From Acidobacteriota bacterium (GTDB taxonomy: Bacteria > Acidobacteriota > Blastocatellia > Chloracidobacteriales > JADJPF01), in contig JACQZQ010000071.1 in NCBI GenBank assembly GCA_016213785.1, positions 15,377 through 79,376 on the forward strand: a DNA stretch of 64,000 nt, read 5' to 3'. A program made the translations under genes and the position numbers. Below, piece after piece: positions 36,355 through 46,441 of this stretch (within the stretch, counting starts at the first letter, position 1; every line of letters starts with the position of its first letter). The notes beneath the pieces are model-generated. The model made no database searches and was not told the DNA's origin. It worked only from the letters and a program-made list of their open reading frames with translations.

Positions 36355-39093
36355 ATGAAAAAACTTATTTTATCTATAGCTCTTATTATGACTACTTTTA
36401 TTATTTCAGCTAATTCTCAAGCGCCTTTTAATAATGTTCGTTTTAACCCTGATGGCAAATATCTGTCAGATGTACCTAAGCCAGAAGATGTTATAGGCCA
36501 TCAAATAGGTGAATATTTTACCCATTATAGCGAGCTAGCAAGCTTTTATCGTCGTATTGCAGAAACCTCGTCTAGGGTAAAACTAATTGAGTATGGACGT
36601 ACCTATGAAAGGCGTAAATTACAATTAATAGTTATTAGCAGTCCAGAAAATTTAGCTAATATTGAAAACATAAAGAAAGATACTGCTAGGCTTAGTGATC
36701 CTAGAAAGCTTTCTAATTCAGAAATGGAAAAGCTTATAGCTAAGATGCCCGCTACAGTGTGGTTAAACTATAATGTACATGGTGATGAGTCTTGTTCAGC
36801 AGAAACAGCAATGGAAGTTGTTTATCATTTGGCTGCTGACCAAAGCGAAGAGACAAATAAACTCTTAAAAGAATTGGTAATTGTAATAGATCCCCTAGTT
36901 AATCCTGATGGACGGGAACGCTATGTTCATTTTTATGAGCAAGCTCAAGGAAAAGTAGCTAAAGCAGATAAAAATTCTTTAGAACATAACCAATCTTGGC
37001 CTGGAGGCCGCTTTAATCATTATCTGTTTGACTTAAACCGTGATTGGGCTTGGCTTACTCAGACAGAATCACAGTCTAGAGTAAAAACTTATCAAGAATG
37101 GTTGCCACAGGTTTTTGTAGATTTTCATGAAATGAATGTGGAATCTACTTATTTTTTCCCACCTTCAGCTAAACCTCAAAATGCTAATATTCCATCAATT
37201 ATTAATAATTGGCTAAAGATCTATGGACAAGGCAATACAGCCGCTTTTGATAAATATGGATTAAGCTTTTATACTAGTGAGGATTTTGACCTTCTCTATC
37301 CAAGTTATGGAGATTCTTGGCCTTCATTAAATGGTGCTGTTGGAATGACTTATGAACAGGGCGGGAGCGGTAGAGCAGGTTTAAGTATAAGGCTTGATGA
37401 TAGACAAAAAGTATTAACTCTACGTGAAAGAGCTTGGCACCATTTCTTGACATCAATTGCAACATTAAAAACTACGGCTGATAATAGAGTGGCTAGACTT
37501 AAGGATTACTATAAATTTAGAGAGCAGGCTATAGAGGCAGGGAAAAAAGAGACTATGAAATCCTTTGTTTTACTGCCAGGAAACGATCCTAGTCGTAGTG
37601 CAAAGCTAGTTAACTTACTAGTGACACAAGGGATTGAAGTAGAAAGAGTTAAGACTAGTTTCAAGGCTAAAAAAGCACATTCTTATCTTGGTGAAACTAT
37701 TGAAGAAAAAGAGTTTCCAGCAGGTGCTTATGTAATTAACCTAGCACAACCAGCAGGCTTTCTTGCTAAAGGCTTACTTGAACCTGAAGCCGTGTTAAAA
37801 GACCTATATTTTTATGATATTACTGGCTGGTCGCTTCCATTAGCTTATAATGTGCAAACCTATTGGCTAGAAGAATTAGTTAGTTCTAATACAGAAAAAA
37901 TTACCTCTACTCTTAGCCCTACAGGGCAAGTAATAGGTGGTCGTGCAACTTATGGGTATGTTTTTAGCTATGAGTCAAATGCTGCGGCTAAAACACTATC
38001 TCAACTACTTCAAGAGGATTTTGATGCATTTTTAGTCCTAAAACCTATTACTATTAATGGTAAAGACTTTCCTCTTGGGTCAATTGTTGTTCCTATAGAG
38101 TCTAATAAAGCTAATTTACATGAAAGAATTGCACAACTTGCTGCTAGCAATGGACATGATGTAATGGCTGCTAGTAGTGCTAGGAGTCAAAATGGAATAG
38201 ATTTAGGGTCAAACCGAGTTCGTTATATTCGTAAGCCAAAAGTAGTGGTGGTTATGGGGCCAGGAACTAATGTAACAAACTATGGTTCAATTTGGCATTT
38301 ATTAGATGAAAGATATGGGATACCCTTTATTGCTGTTTCAACACAACAATTAGGAGGGCTTGACCTAAGAGACTACAACACAATTATTTTACCTGATGAT
38401 GATGGAACAGGAAGAAGTTTTCTTGGGCTAATTGGGAAATCTACAGTAGATAAAATATCTCGTTGGGTACGTGATGGAGGAACTTTTGTAGGGATTAAAG
38501 GAGGTGCTGTATTTGCTACAGCAAAAATGTCTGGGCTAACTTCTGTTACTTATCGTCTAATTGATCGCCAAGAGGAAGAGGAGCGAATTGAGCGAGAAAA
38601 ACAACAAGAAAAACAAGATAAAGATTCTGCTCAACAAAATGTTTCTACTTTGCCTGCACTTGTAGCAAAAACTCCTGAAGAACAGCTAGCAGAAAAACTA
38701 GTTCCCTATGAAGAAAAAGAACGTAGACGTATGATGGAATCAATTCCAGGTACTTTAATGAAACTTAAACTAGATAACACTCATCCTTTAGGAATGGGCT
38801 ATGACAAAGATCTAGTTGTATTAAATAATACTAGCCCAGTCTTAAGTTTAACTACCAAAGGCGATAATATTATTTATTATCCTAAAGAGCAATTTAAGAT
38901 TAGCGGGTTTATTACCCCAGAAAATGAGAAAAAGCTTTCACATTCTGCATATTTGCTTAGAGAAAGAGCAGGACGAGGTAGTTTTATTCTTTATGCAGAT
39001 GATCCAGTTTTTCGTTCTTTTTGGGAAGGCACAACAAGACTTTTCTTAAACAGTATTTTGTTTGGTAGCCTTAGAGATCCAAATGTAGAATAA
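36355..39093 (+). CDS. Secreted M14-family zinc carboxypeptidase with C-terminal class-I-GATase-like domain
   Basis: Signal peptide, VHGDE (HxxE), NPDGRER, DLNRDW, DFHEM, YDITGWSLP. Confidence 0.88.
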   Translation: MKKLILSIALIMTTFIISANSQAPFNNVRFNPDGKYLSDVPKPEDVIGHQIGEYFTHYSELASFYRRIAETSSRVKLIEYGRTYERRKLQLIVISSPENLANIENIKKDTARLSDPRKLSNSEMEKLIAKMPATVWLNYNVHGDESCSAETAMEVVYHLAADQSEETNKLLKELVIVIDPLVNPDGRERYVHFYEQAQGKVAKADKNSLEHNQSWPGGRFNHYLFDLNRDWAWLTQTESQSRVKTYQEWLPQVFVDFHEMNVESTYFFPPSAKPQNANIPSIINNWLKIYGQGNTAAFDKYGLSFYTSEDFDLLYPSYGDSWPSLNGAVGMTYEQGGSGRAGLSIRLDDRQKVLTLRERAWHHFLTSIATLKTTADNRVARLKDYYKFREQAIEAGKKETMKSFVLLPGNDPSRSAKLVNLLVTQGIEVERVKTSFKAKKAHSYLGETIEEKEFPAGAYVINLAQPAGFLAKGLLEPEAVLKDLYFYDITGWSLPLAYNVQTYWLEELVSSNTEKITSTLSPTGQVIGGRATYGYVFSYESNAAAKTLSQLLQEDFDAFLVLKPITINGKDFPLGSIVVPIESNKANLHERIAQLAASNGHDVMAASSARSQNGIDLGSNRVRYIRKPKVVVVMGPGTNVTNYGSIWHLLDERYGIPFIAVSTQQLGGLDLRDYNTIILPDDDGTGRSFLGLIGKSTVDKISRWVRDGGTFVGIKGGAVFATAKMSGLTSVTYRLIDRQEEEERIEREKQQEKQDKDSAQQNVSTLPALVAKTPEEQLAEKLVPYEEKERRRMMESIPGTLMKLKLDNTHPLGMGYDKDLVVLNNTSPVLSLTTKGDNIIYYPKEQFKISGFITPENEKKLSHSAYLLRERAGRGSFILYADDPVFRSFWEGTTRLFLNSILFGSLRDPNVE

Positions 39094-39100
39094 CCCTAAA

Positions 39101-39145
39101 ATATTGGAAAGATTCTTAAAATAATATTTAGGGATCTTTTCAGTA
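39101..39145 (+). terminator. Possible hairpin after the M14 peptidase gene
   Basis: ATATTGGAAAGATTCTTAAA…TTTAGGGATCTTTTCAGTAT pairs with several G-U pairs. Confidence 0.4.
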
Positions 39146-39259
39146 TAGAATTCAATAGATGAGTTTAAAAGTAACTTTCCAATGAAGCTAGCAAAAATAA
39201 CTTTTGCTAAATATAATGTAAGGCTACAAAATTTTTATAAACTCCATATTAAAAATAAA

Positions 39260-39673
39260 ATGGCACGCCTAATTTTAATTGACGTAAAACTAGAAGCAGT
39301 TAATAGTACTCCTAATACACCTACAGAAGCTACTGTGGTACTTTCCTTAAAAGGCCAGCGTATTACAGGGACTCATATTAGTGAACCAAACCAAGAAGAC
39401 TTAGCGGTGATTGCTTGTGCTACCTTAAATGCTGTTCAACAAGCTTTACCTGTTTCTGTGGAATTTAGCTTACGTAATGCTATTAGGCTAAACCCTCAAT
39501 TTCTTGACACCCCTCTTTTAGTGGTAATTGCTGATTTATCCTATGGGCGTAGTAAATATGAGCTTACAGGGGCATGTCAATGTGAAGAGGTAGTGGCTCA
39601 TCGTGGTATTGCTCAAGCAGCCTTAGATGCAACTAACCGCTTAGTTCAATTTATACTCTCTGAAACTATGTAA
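39260..39673 (+). CDS. Hypothetical protein (internal duplication, possibly LeuA-regulatory-like fold)
   Basis: Repeated helix motifs IACATLNAV and IAQAALDATNR; likely start ATG 39260. Confidence 0.65.
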   Translation: MARLILIDVKLEAVNSTPNTPTEATVVLSLKGQRITGTHISEPNQEDLAVIACATLNAVQQALPVSVEFSLRNAIRLNPQFLDTPLLVVIADLSYGRSKYELTGACQCEEVVAHRGIAQAALDATNRLVQFILSETM

Positions 39674-39835
39674 TATTTCTATTATTGATATATTTTGTTT
39701 ATATACAATAAGTTAGATTGTTATTTTTAGAGGTTAATTAGTTCTTTTAATAATCCATATCCATAAATTCCTAAAATTCCTAGAATTCTTAAAGCCAGAG
39801 ATAAAATAAGTGTTGAAATTTTTTAACTATTGGAA

Positions 39836-42814
39836 TTACCAAAAATCTTCATCATCATCATCAGAATGATAGCTATAACGACTACGATAACAAGTTTCAC
39901 AGGTGGAATATTGATAAAGTGGGCCTAAGGCTTTTCCACATTGTTGACAAAGCCGACGGAGTCCTTTTTTACGAAGACTTCGCTCTATAAATTGATTTAC
40001 TATAACTCTTTGTTCATCACAGGCTTCGAGATCAGGAAAATTGCTTAGGAAACGATATGAAAGCCAAGCATAAGTAGTAAGTATTTTTGTTAGACGTTCT
40101 GCTTCTTCAAGCTCATTATGACTTTGAGCTACGCTATTTATACTAGTATATTTTCTAGGTAAATTAGTAAGTTTAGCTATTTGATTACGTTGGTAGCTAT
40201 TAAGCCAAGATTGCCAATATTTAATAATCTCAACATCTCGAATATCAACAGGGGCACAGGCAAAAACAAGTCTATCTGAAAGTAGCATATGAGAAAAAGA
40301 ATCAGTTCTTTCTGCTAAAGAAATAACTGCTTCCATTCTAGCAGAACAAAGTAGAGGGGATTTAACTAACATTTTATCTCTAAAAAACTTTAGGATTTTT
40401 GCTAAAGTGCTAGTTTCTAAGACATTAGCAATTTGTTCTACTAAAGCAATTCCAGGCATAACTTGGCAATGGGAAATTTGGCTGTTTATAGGGAGTTTTA
40501 GGCTTTCTGCTATTAATTTTAGACTCCATTGGTTAAAAGCTCCAATAAAAGCTTTTTCATACATACCATAACGACCAGCACGACCAGCTATTTGACGTAT
40601 TTCTTCGCTATGTAATTCTCTATGTTCTTGCCCATCCCATTTTTCTGTTGTCCAAAAAAGTAGAGTCTTAATAGGCAAATTTAGCCCCATTCCAATAGCA
40701 TCAGTAGCAACAACTACATCTGCTTCACCACTACGAAAACGCCTAGCCTCTTCTCTGCGAACCTCAGGGGATAAATTGCCATAGATTACAGAAATATTTT
40801 TTCCCATAGATTCTAGTTGAGCCTTTAGCCCAAGTACATCACGGCGAGAAAAGGCTATAAGAGCCGATGCAGGCTCTATATCATTTAACTTAGAAGGTTT
40901 AGAAAGCACTTGCATTTCTGTAAAACGTTCACAATAAACAATTTCTAGAGGCTCTTCTAAATGTTCGGCAATTTTTTCTATCATTTTTATACAGCTAGGA
41001 GCACCTGTTAAAACCACATGTTTTGCTGCAACACCAAATATAGCCGTAGTCCAAGCCCAACCTCGGTCTTTATCAAAAAGCATTTGTGCTTCATCAATTA
41101 CTGCAACCTCAACAATTTGATTAGTATCTATCATTTCAATTGTTGCAGCTAAATGAGTTGCTTGTAGTCGTATATCGCGCTCTTCTCCTGTTAAAAAGCT
41201 AGTTAAACAGCCTCGTTTTAAGAGTTCTTCTTGGCCTTCTAAGGCTAGGAGCCTTAAAGGAGCTAGATAGCAGCCTGTTTTAGCTTGAGCTAAGATATTT
41301 AATGCTTGATAAGTTTTACCGCTATTAGTTGGCCCAACATATAAAGTAAGTCGTCGTGAAAGACTTCTAGCTAGTTGAAAATGTTCTGGATAGCTACCAA
41401 TTCTAGTTATTCTCTCAGCCTCTTTAGCCTGTAAAATGCTTCTTGCTTGTTGGAAGGCTCGTTCTTTTATTTCATTAATTTGCTCTAAAACTTTTTTTAC
41501 TGAAACAGTTTTCTTACTACTAGTTACTTTATGAAAGAATTTTCCAAGACTATTTATTAAACTATTTTGATCAAAATAAGGTTTTAATTCATCACTTGGC
41601 TCTTCTATTTCCAAATTATTTAAGGCTGTAATCTCTCGGCTAAGTGAAGCTAAACAATTATTTTGAACATAAGAAAGAACTTTTTCAGCATATTCTTGAG
41701 GATTTTCTTGATAAAGCGGTAAGGCTATTCTCTCTTGCTTAGGTAATTCTAAAGGTAATCTTAAAGATAAACTACGACCTGCAAAAGTAAATTTATGGCT
41801 GGTTTTTACTGCTTTAATAGCTAGAGTATGTTTACTAAAATCTACTGTTAGACCTTGTTGTGATAGTAGTTTAGTAACACTAGATTTCCATTTATGTTTT
41901 AATTCTCCAAGTAGTCCCTGTAAATAGTTCTCTAGCTTTGGGTTATTAGCTTGAGAGAGTTTTTGGTTAAGATTAAGGACTTTTATAAGGTTTAAAACTT
42001 CTTCTTGGAGGTTAGTTAGTTGGTTTTGAGTTTGTTTTATCCAATTTTGAGTTTGTTCTTCTACCCAGTTATTTACTAAATCAAACTCTTTTTTTAGGAT
42101 ATTTGATTTTATATTTTCTGGAATTGAGATAGAAAAAGTTAAAAAACCACTAGAGTTTTCAAATACTTTTGCGCTTTCAATAGCTATTTGATAAGTACTT
42201 GTTTTCGCTTGAAAAATAATAGTTTTTCTATCATTAATAAATAGTTGGGCAAGGTGTTCAAAGACATAGTTTTCTATGTCTTGAAAAAGATCTTTTACAT
42301 TTGAATTTGACTCATTTAGTTTTGAGTAAAGCTTTTCTAAGTTGAGTGTTGATATATCTGAGTAGCGGCGAATTAGTTTTTCAATAGCCTCGGTTTTCCT
42401 CTTTTTTAGCACATCTTGGCGTTTATCTTTAGCTTCTTGTAACTGGGAAATTTGGTTAAAAATAGTGATTAGGTCATTGGGTAAAACCCATTGTCCAGGG
42501 ACAGTTGCCGCTCCTCCAGGCGCTTCGCGTAAACAAATATATCCAAGTTGCCAAGCTTGTTCTGAGCTAATTCTATTTTTATCTATTTTTTCAGCAATTT
42601 TGGAAAGAGTTGTGGTGTATTGAGAGAGTAATAATTTTTTCTTCCAAGGTTCAATTAAACCTCGTAAAAACTTAACAGTTTCTTTTCTCCTTTCTATTTC
42701 TATTTCAGAAAAAGGGGGTATTTGTTGTAGAAAGCTAAGTGCTTCTTGAGTATCTTTCATCAAATCGTTATTAATCGCTAACATCAGCAATACCTTTACA
42801 TTATAAGTCAGCAA
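39836..42814 (-). CDS. SUV3-like SF2 RNA helicase with C-terminal CxxC…CxxC and acidic tail
   Basis: GPTNSGKTY, YLAPLRLLA, IDEAQM…RGWAW, IYGNLSPEVR, ATDAIGMGLNL, QIAGRAGR; CQQC…CETC. True start may be slightly downstream. Confidence 0.9.
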   Translation of the reverse strand: MLTYNVKVLLMLAINNDLMKDTQEALSFLQQIPPFSEIEIERRKETVKFLRGLIEPWKKKLLLSQYTTTLSKIAEKIDKNRISSEQAWQLGYICLREAPGGAATVPGQWVLPNDLITIFNQISQLQEAKDKRQDVLKKRKTEAIEKLIRRYSDISTLNLEKLYSKLNESNSNVKDLFQDIENYVFEHLAQLFINDRKTIIFQAKTSTYQIAIESAKVFENSSGFLTFSISIPENIKSNILKKEFDLVNNWVEEQTQNWIKQTQNQLTNLQEEVLNLIKVLNLNQKLSQANNPKLENYLQGLLGELKHKWKSSVTKLLSQQGLTVDFSKHTLAIKAVKTSHKFTFAGRSLSLRLPLELPKQERIALPLYQENPQEYAEKVLSYVQNNCLASLSREITALNNLEIEEPSDELKPYFDQNSLINSLGKFFHKVTSSKKTVSVKKVLEQINEIKERAFQQARSILQAKEAERITRIGSYPEHFQLARSLSRRLTLYVGPTNSGKTYQALNILAQAKTGCYLAPLRLLALEGQEELLKRGCLTSFLTGEERDIRLQATHLAATIEMIDTNQIVEVAVIDEAQMLFDKDRGWAWTTAIFGVAAKHVVLTGAPSCIKMIEKIAEHLEEPLEIVYCERFTEMQVLSKPSKLNDIEPASALIAFSRRDVLGLKAQLESMGKNISVIYGNLSPEVRREEARRFRSGEADVVVATDAIGMGLNLPIKTLLFWTTEKWDGQEHRELHSEEIRQIAGRAGRYGMYEKAFIGAFNQWSLKLIAESLKLPINSQISHCQVMPGIALVEQIANVLETSTLAKILKFFRDKMLVKSPLLCSARMEAVISLAERTDSFSHMLLSDRLVFACAPVDIRDVEIIKYWQSWLNSYQRNQIAKLTNLPRKYTSINSVAQSHNELEEAERLTKILTTYAWLSYRFLSNFPDLEACDEQRVIVNQFIERSLRKKGLRRLCQQCGKALGPLYQYSTCETCYRSRYSYHSDDDDEDFW

Positions 42815-42917
42815 GAACTAAATCTTAACTATTAGGCCAACCGCTTTGATTATCCTACTACGCTAATTTCTACAAATCAATGTAGTTAAAAATAATAGAG
42901 AATAATAAAAGCCAGAA

Positions 42918-42950
42918 AAAGAGTATTTAGTTTTAAGTTAAATACTCTTT
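42918..42950 (-). terminator. Hairpin terminator downstream of the lipoprotein gene
   Basis: AAAGAGTATTTA-N9-TAAATACTCTTT. Confidence 0.55.
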
Positions 42951-43006
42951 CTAGGTTTATAAGAGACTGAAAATTAAGAGTTTAGGGTTAAAAATAACAA
43001 AGCGGC

Positions 43007-44380
43007 TTAGTCATCTCTGCCATGATGTTTATTATATTTTCTATCTTTGCGGTCACGCTTTTTCTCTTCTTTTATAGCCTGTTTTAAGGCGCGTCTTTCT
43101 TCTTTATCTAAAAACCTATCGTGTTTATGTTCATTTTTTTCATAGTAATAACCAGGGCGATCAAATTTTTTACCAAGTTTTTTAGCTTGCCCTGGAGCTA
43201 TTCTATCTTGCCCAGGCGGGATAAAGCCTTTATGTTTTTTTCCTTTATAATAATTATTATCATAATCATCGTAATCATCGTCATCATCTCTATCTCTAGT
43301 ATTTTGAAGAATTTCTTCACCTACTTTTGCAGCAATAGGAGCCGAAAGAATACGTCGGACAATTTTTACTCCAGAACGTTCTTCTAAAAAGCTTGTGCTT
43401 AAAGCATTGTTAACTAGTCTACCTTGGTAAGAATCAACTCCTCCATAATAAGTAGTGTTATTAACATAGGTATGTGACTCTTTAATTGGCTTACGTGATT
43501 TAGTATAGGTAGACTTGTCATTTGAATTAACCATTGCTACAAACTCACGGGTAGGTAAAAAGACCCAAGCATTACTAGGAGGACTAAAGCTTTTTTCTTT
43601 ATCATTTAAGCCAAAACCTGGAGGAATAGGAGACCAACCTACATATTCATCGTTAGCTCGCCAAGTTACCCAAGAAGGGGCATAATCATCATCTGGAACC
43701 CAAACCCAACCCAAAGGGCCAGCCTGCGCCCATCGTCCGTAATGAAAAACTCTTTTTCCCCAATCACGTTCAGATTCCCACTGCCAACCATCTTTTGTAG
43801 ATAGAAATTTTCCATCATTACAATAAGGTTGCCAATTATAACCAACCTCTTTAGGCCGCCAAACATTGCCATAATTAGGATGTTTAAGCCATTGTCCACT
43901 GTTAGCTAACTCTTTTTCAAAATCATTTTTAGGAGCATCATTACTTAACTGCTCAAGAGTTGAAACCATATCTAGATACCAACCCTTTTCATCTTTTACT
44001 AAAAAATGAGGAACAAAATTAGGCTCCATTTTCTGATAAACAAAAGCTGTATCTACACTAGCACTATTGCTATTAATTTTTTCACCTTGTACTAAAACAT
44101 TACTAAGTTCAGGGACAGCTAAACTATTATTACAATACTCCATAAAAGCTTGGAGGCTTTTATCTGGGTCTTGTTTTCCCTGTTGATCAAAAAAATTAAT
44201 GCTAGAAGTAGATAAATAGCCTTTTGCTAAATCATAAGAACCGCTTTTACAAGCTTGATAAAAAGCTGCAACTATTTGGCTTGGAGAAAAAGTTTGCTCA
44301 ATGGGAGCACTCTGGCAACTAGTTAAAAATACTAGAGGGGCTAGAAGAATACAAATCACAATGATAATTTGTTTTTTCAT
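43007..44380 (-). CDS. Lipoprotein with NTF2-like N-domain, DUF6600-like Trp-rich domain and charged tail
   Basis: Lipobox LTSC; YGNVWRP…WQPY…GWQW…FHYGRW…GWVWVP…PSWVTW…VGWSP; PPGQ…PGQAKK tail. Confidence 0.8.
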   Translation of the reverse strand: MKKQIIIVICILLAPLVFLTSCQSAPIEQTFSPSQIVAAFYQACKSGSYDLAKGYLSTSSINFFDQQGKQDPDKSLQAFMEYCNNSLAVPELSNVLVQGEKINSNSASVDTAFVYQKMEPNFVPHFLVKDEKGWYLDMVSTLEQLSNDAPKNDFEKELANSGQWLKHPNYGNVWRPKEVGYNWQPYCNDGKFLSTKDGWQWESERDWGKRVFHYGRWAQAGPLGWVWVPDDDYAPSWVTWRANDEYVGWSPIPPGFGLNDKEKSFSPPSNAWVFLPTREFVAMVNSNDKSTYTKSRKPIKESHTYVNNTTYYGGVDSYQGRLVNNALSTSFLEERSGVKIVRRILSAPIAAKVGEEILQNTRDRDDDDDYDDYDNNYYKGKKHKGFIPPGQDRIAPGQAKKLGKKFDRPGYYYEKNEHKHDRFLDKEERRALKQAIKEEKKRDRKDRKYNKHHGRDD

Positions 44381-44397
44381 AGTTAACTCCTAATTTT

Positions 44398-44859
44398 CTA
44401 ATCTTGCAAATCATCCTTAATTTCTAGCTTAAGGGCTTTTAGTGATAAGCTAATTTCCTTAATAAATAAAACTAGAGATAGAATTAAAGCTATTAAGCTT
44501 AAGATAAAGAAAAGAGTAATAAGACTGTTTATATTTAAGCTTAAATGATATGAGGCAAAGAGACTTATAACCAGTAGCGCAACAAAAAATATACTTGTGA
44601 TAGCAGAGCTAATGGAAAACATTAGTATTTTTGATCTTAGGTAAAGTACTTTTATTTGTTGCTTAATATTATTTTTATTAGAGCCATTGGAATTTTCAAT
44701 TTCTTTAGAGAGTGCTCTAGCCCTATCCGTTGTCCTAGCAAATCTATTAGTCATAGATAAAACAAGTAACCCTATGCCTGAAATTAAAACTACGGGAGAA
44801 ACAGATATTTGTAATACCTTAGTTACTTCATTTATCTCATTTGTTTGCATATAGTTCAA
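44398..44859 (-). CDS. DUF2721-family membrane protein
   Basis: ISVSPVVLISGIGLLVLSMTNRFARTTDRAR; three TM helices; C-terminal EISLS. Confidence 0.8.
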   Translation of the reverse strand: MNYMQTNEINEVTKVLQISVSPVVLISGIGLLVLSMTNRFARTTDRARALSKEIENSNGSNKNNIKQQIKVLYLRSKILMFSISSAITSIFFVALLVISLFASYHLSLNINSLITLFFILSLIALILSLVLFIKEISLSLKALKLEIKDDLQD

Positions 44860-44874
44860 CGTTTTCCTTATAAT

Positions 44875-44916
44875 TTAATAAGGCACAGAAAAACTAAATT
44901 TTCTGTGCCTTATTAA
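44875..44916. terminator. Strong hairpin terminator after the GDSL gene
   Basis: TTAATAAGGCACAGAAAA-N6-TTTTCTGTGCCTTATTAA, 18-bp perfect stem. Confidence 0.8.
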
Positions 44917-44932
44917 AATTAAATATCACTTG

Positions 44933-46312
44933 CTATTGATTATCGCTACTGCTACCAATTAATTTTTTAAGAGCCTCAGCCATTGCTTCAAATTCAGGCT
45001 TAGCTATTAACCAATCCATTTCTGTATTAGTAGACTCTATTTGAGCACCTGTAACAGGTTTTGGTACTTGAGGATCAGCCATTGCAATAGGAGCAACATC
45101 TATCATTGGAAAGCTCTTTTTATAAAACTTATTGATTTCATCAATAAAGATATTTGCTAATACAGCATTAGCTGTAATACTTAAATGTATTCCATCAAAG
45201 CTAGCAACACCACCAAAATATTTATTAGTTATAAATAAATTATTACCAACAGCAACCCCTTTATCTTTAGAGGCTAAGGATAAAAATTTATTTATGTCAA
45301 TAACTAAAAAGCCTTCTCGTTTACCAATTTTTTGAATGCCTTTATTATATTTTTTAATTGTTTTAGAGACTTGTTTAGCCATACTAGAGCGTAAAATTTG
45401 ATTTTCTGGAATTGGGCCATTACTACGGCCAAAGACTATATCAATTAATGAAGAAAATGCTCGTAGAGTAACAAAATCTTCTGGTTTTATACCAGTTTTT
45501 TGAGTAAATGACTCTCTTGGTATTGGAATAAAAGCCATTAAATCTTTAGCAGAAATAAAGCCTGCTGTTGTTACAACATCAGGTACAGTGACTAAAATCA
45601 TTTGTGCGCCTGTAGCTTTTGTACGACGTACAATTTCTTCATAATCGGTTAAAAATTTATCTGTTGGTGTTAGCAAAGAAAGATTAGAGTTAAAGGCTGC
45701 ACCTAAAGCATCATTACCACCTATTAGCAAAATTGCTAGAGTTGGCTTAGGGCTAATAGTTTCAACAAATTCCAATTGGCTACGTTTTATTGGAGGATTA
45801 TCAGAGAGCCAAGGAATTCCTAGAGAGGAAAAAACAGCATCATTAGGTCTACTGCTATCAGGTCTAGCATTAATAATATCAGTAACTTTTGCACCACCAA
45901 TTGCAAAATTATTTACTCTTACAGAAGGGTCAATACGTCCAGCATTTGTTGGGACTGGAGGTAAAGTAAGATTTAAGAAGGTATTAGCATTAAGAGGAAG
46001 AACTGGAAGATTAGGGTTTTTAAGAAAAAATCTGCTACCAAATCCCCCTTTCTCATCAATAATTCCTTGTCTTAGCTCAAAGCCTATTTGCTTACTTAAA
46101 AGGCTTAAGTAATTTTTATTTTGTGCATCTGCGTGTAATACTCCATCGTGATAGGAATGTGAAAGGCTATCACCCATTATAACTACTGAGGAAAAATCAA
46201 TAGGTTTAGGGGTTTGCTGAGCCAAAACACTAGTTGACGTGCTTATAAAAAATAAGAGTAATAAAAAAATTTGCAGTTTTAAGAAAACTCTGCGAGTCAT
46301 AAAACCCTCCAT
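44933..46312 (-). CDS. Secreted SGNH/GDSL hydrolase
   Basis: Signal peptide; MGDSL, NFAIGGA, IGGNDAL, DGIH. Confidence 0.88.
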   Translation of the reverse strand: MEGFMTRRVFLKLQIFLLLLFFISTSTSVLAQQTPKPIDFSSVVIMGDSLSHSYHDGVLHADAQNKNYLSLLSKQIGFELRQGIIDEKGGFGSRFFLKNPNLPVLPLNANTFLNLTLPPVPTNAGRIDPSVRVNNFAIGGAKVTDIINARPDSSRPNDAVFSSLGIPWLSDNPPIKRSQLEFVETISPKPTLAILLIGGNDALGAAFNSNLSLLTPTDKFLTDYEEIVRRTKATGAQMILVTVPDVVTTAGFISAKDLMAFIPIPRESFTQKTGIKPEDFVTLRAFSSLIDIVFGRSNGPIPENQILRSSMAKQVSKTIKKYNKGIQKIGKREGFLVIDINKFLSLASKDKGVAVGNNLFITNKYFGGVASFDGIHLSITANAVLANIFIDEINKFYKKSFPMIDVAPIAMADPQVPKPVTGAQIESTNTEMDWLIAKPEFEAMAEALKKLIGSSSDNQ

Positions 46313-46376
46313 TTAATAAATTGTAAAAAATTAGGTAAGATTAAGTGATGGGGTGATTTTAGCATAAAAAATAATA

Positions 46377-46403
46377 TAGCCTAGCATTTAAGGTACTAGG
46401 CTA
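46377..46403 (-). terminator. Hairpin downstream of the ROK kinase gene
   Basis: TAGCCTAG-N11-CTAGGCTA followed by a T-rich run on the minus strand. Confidence 0.5.
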
Positions 46404-46441
46404 GCCTAACAATTAAACTAATTAGTTTACAAGCAATTTTA

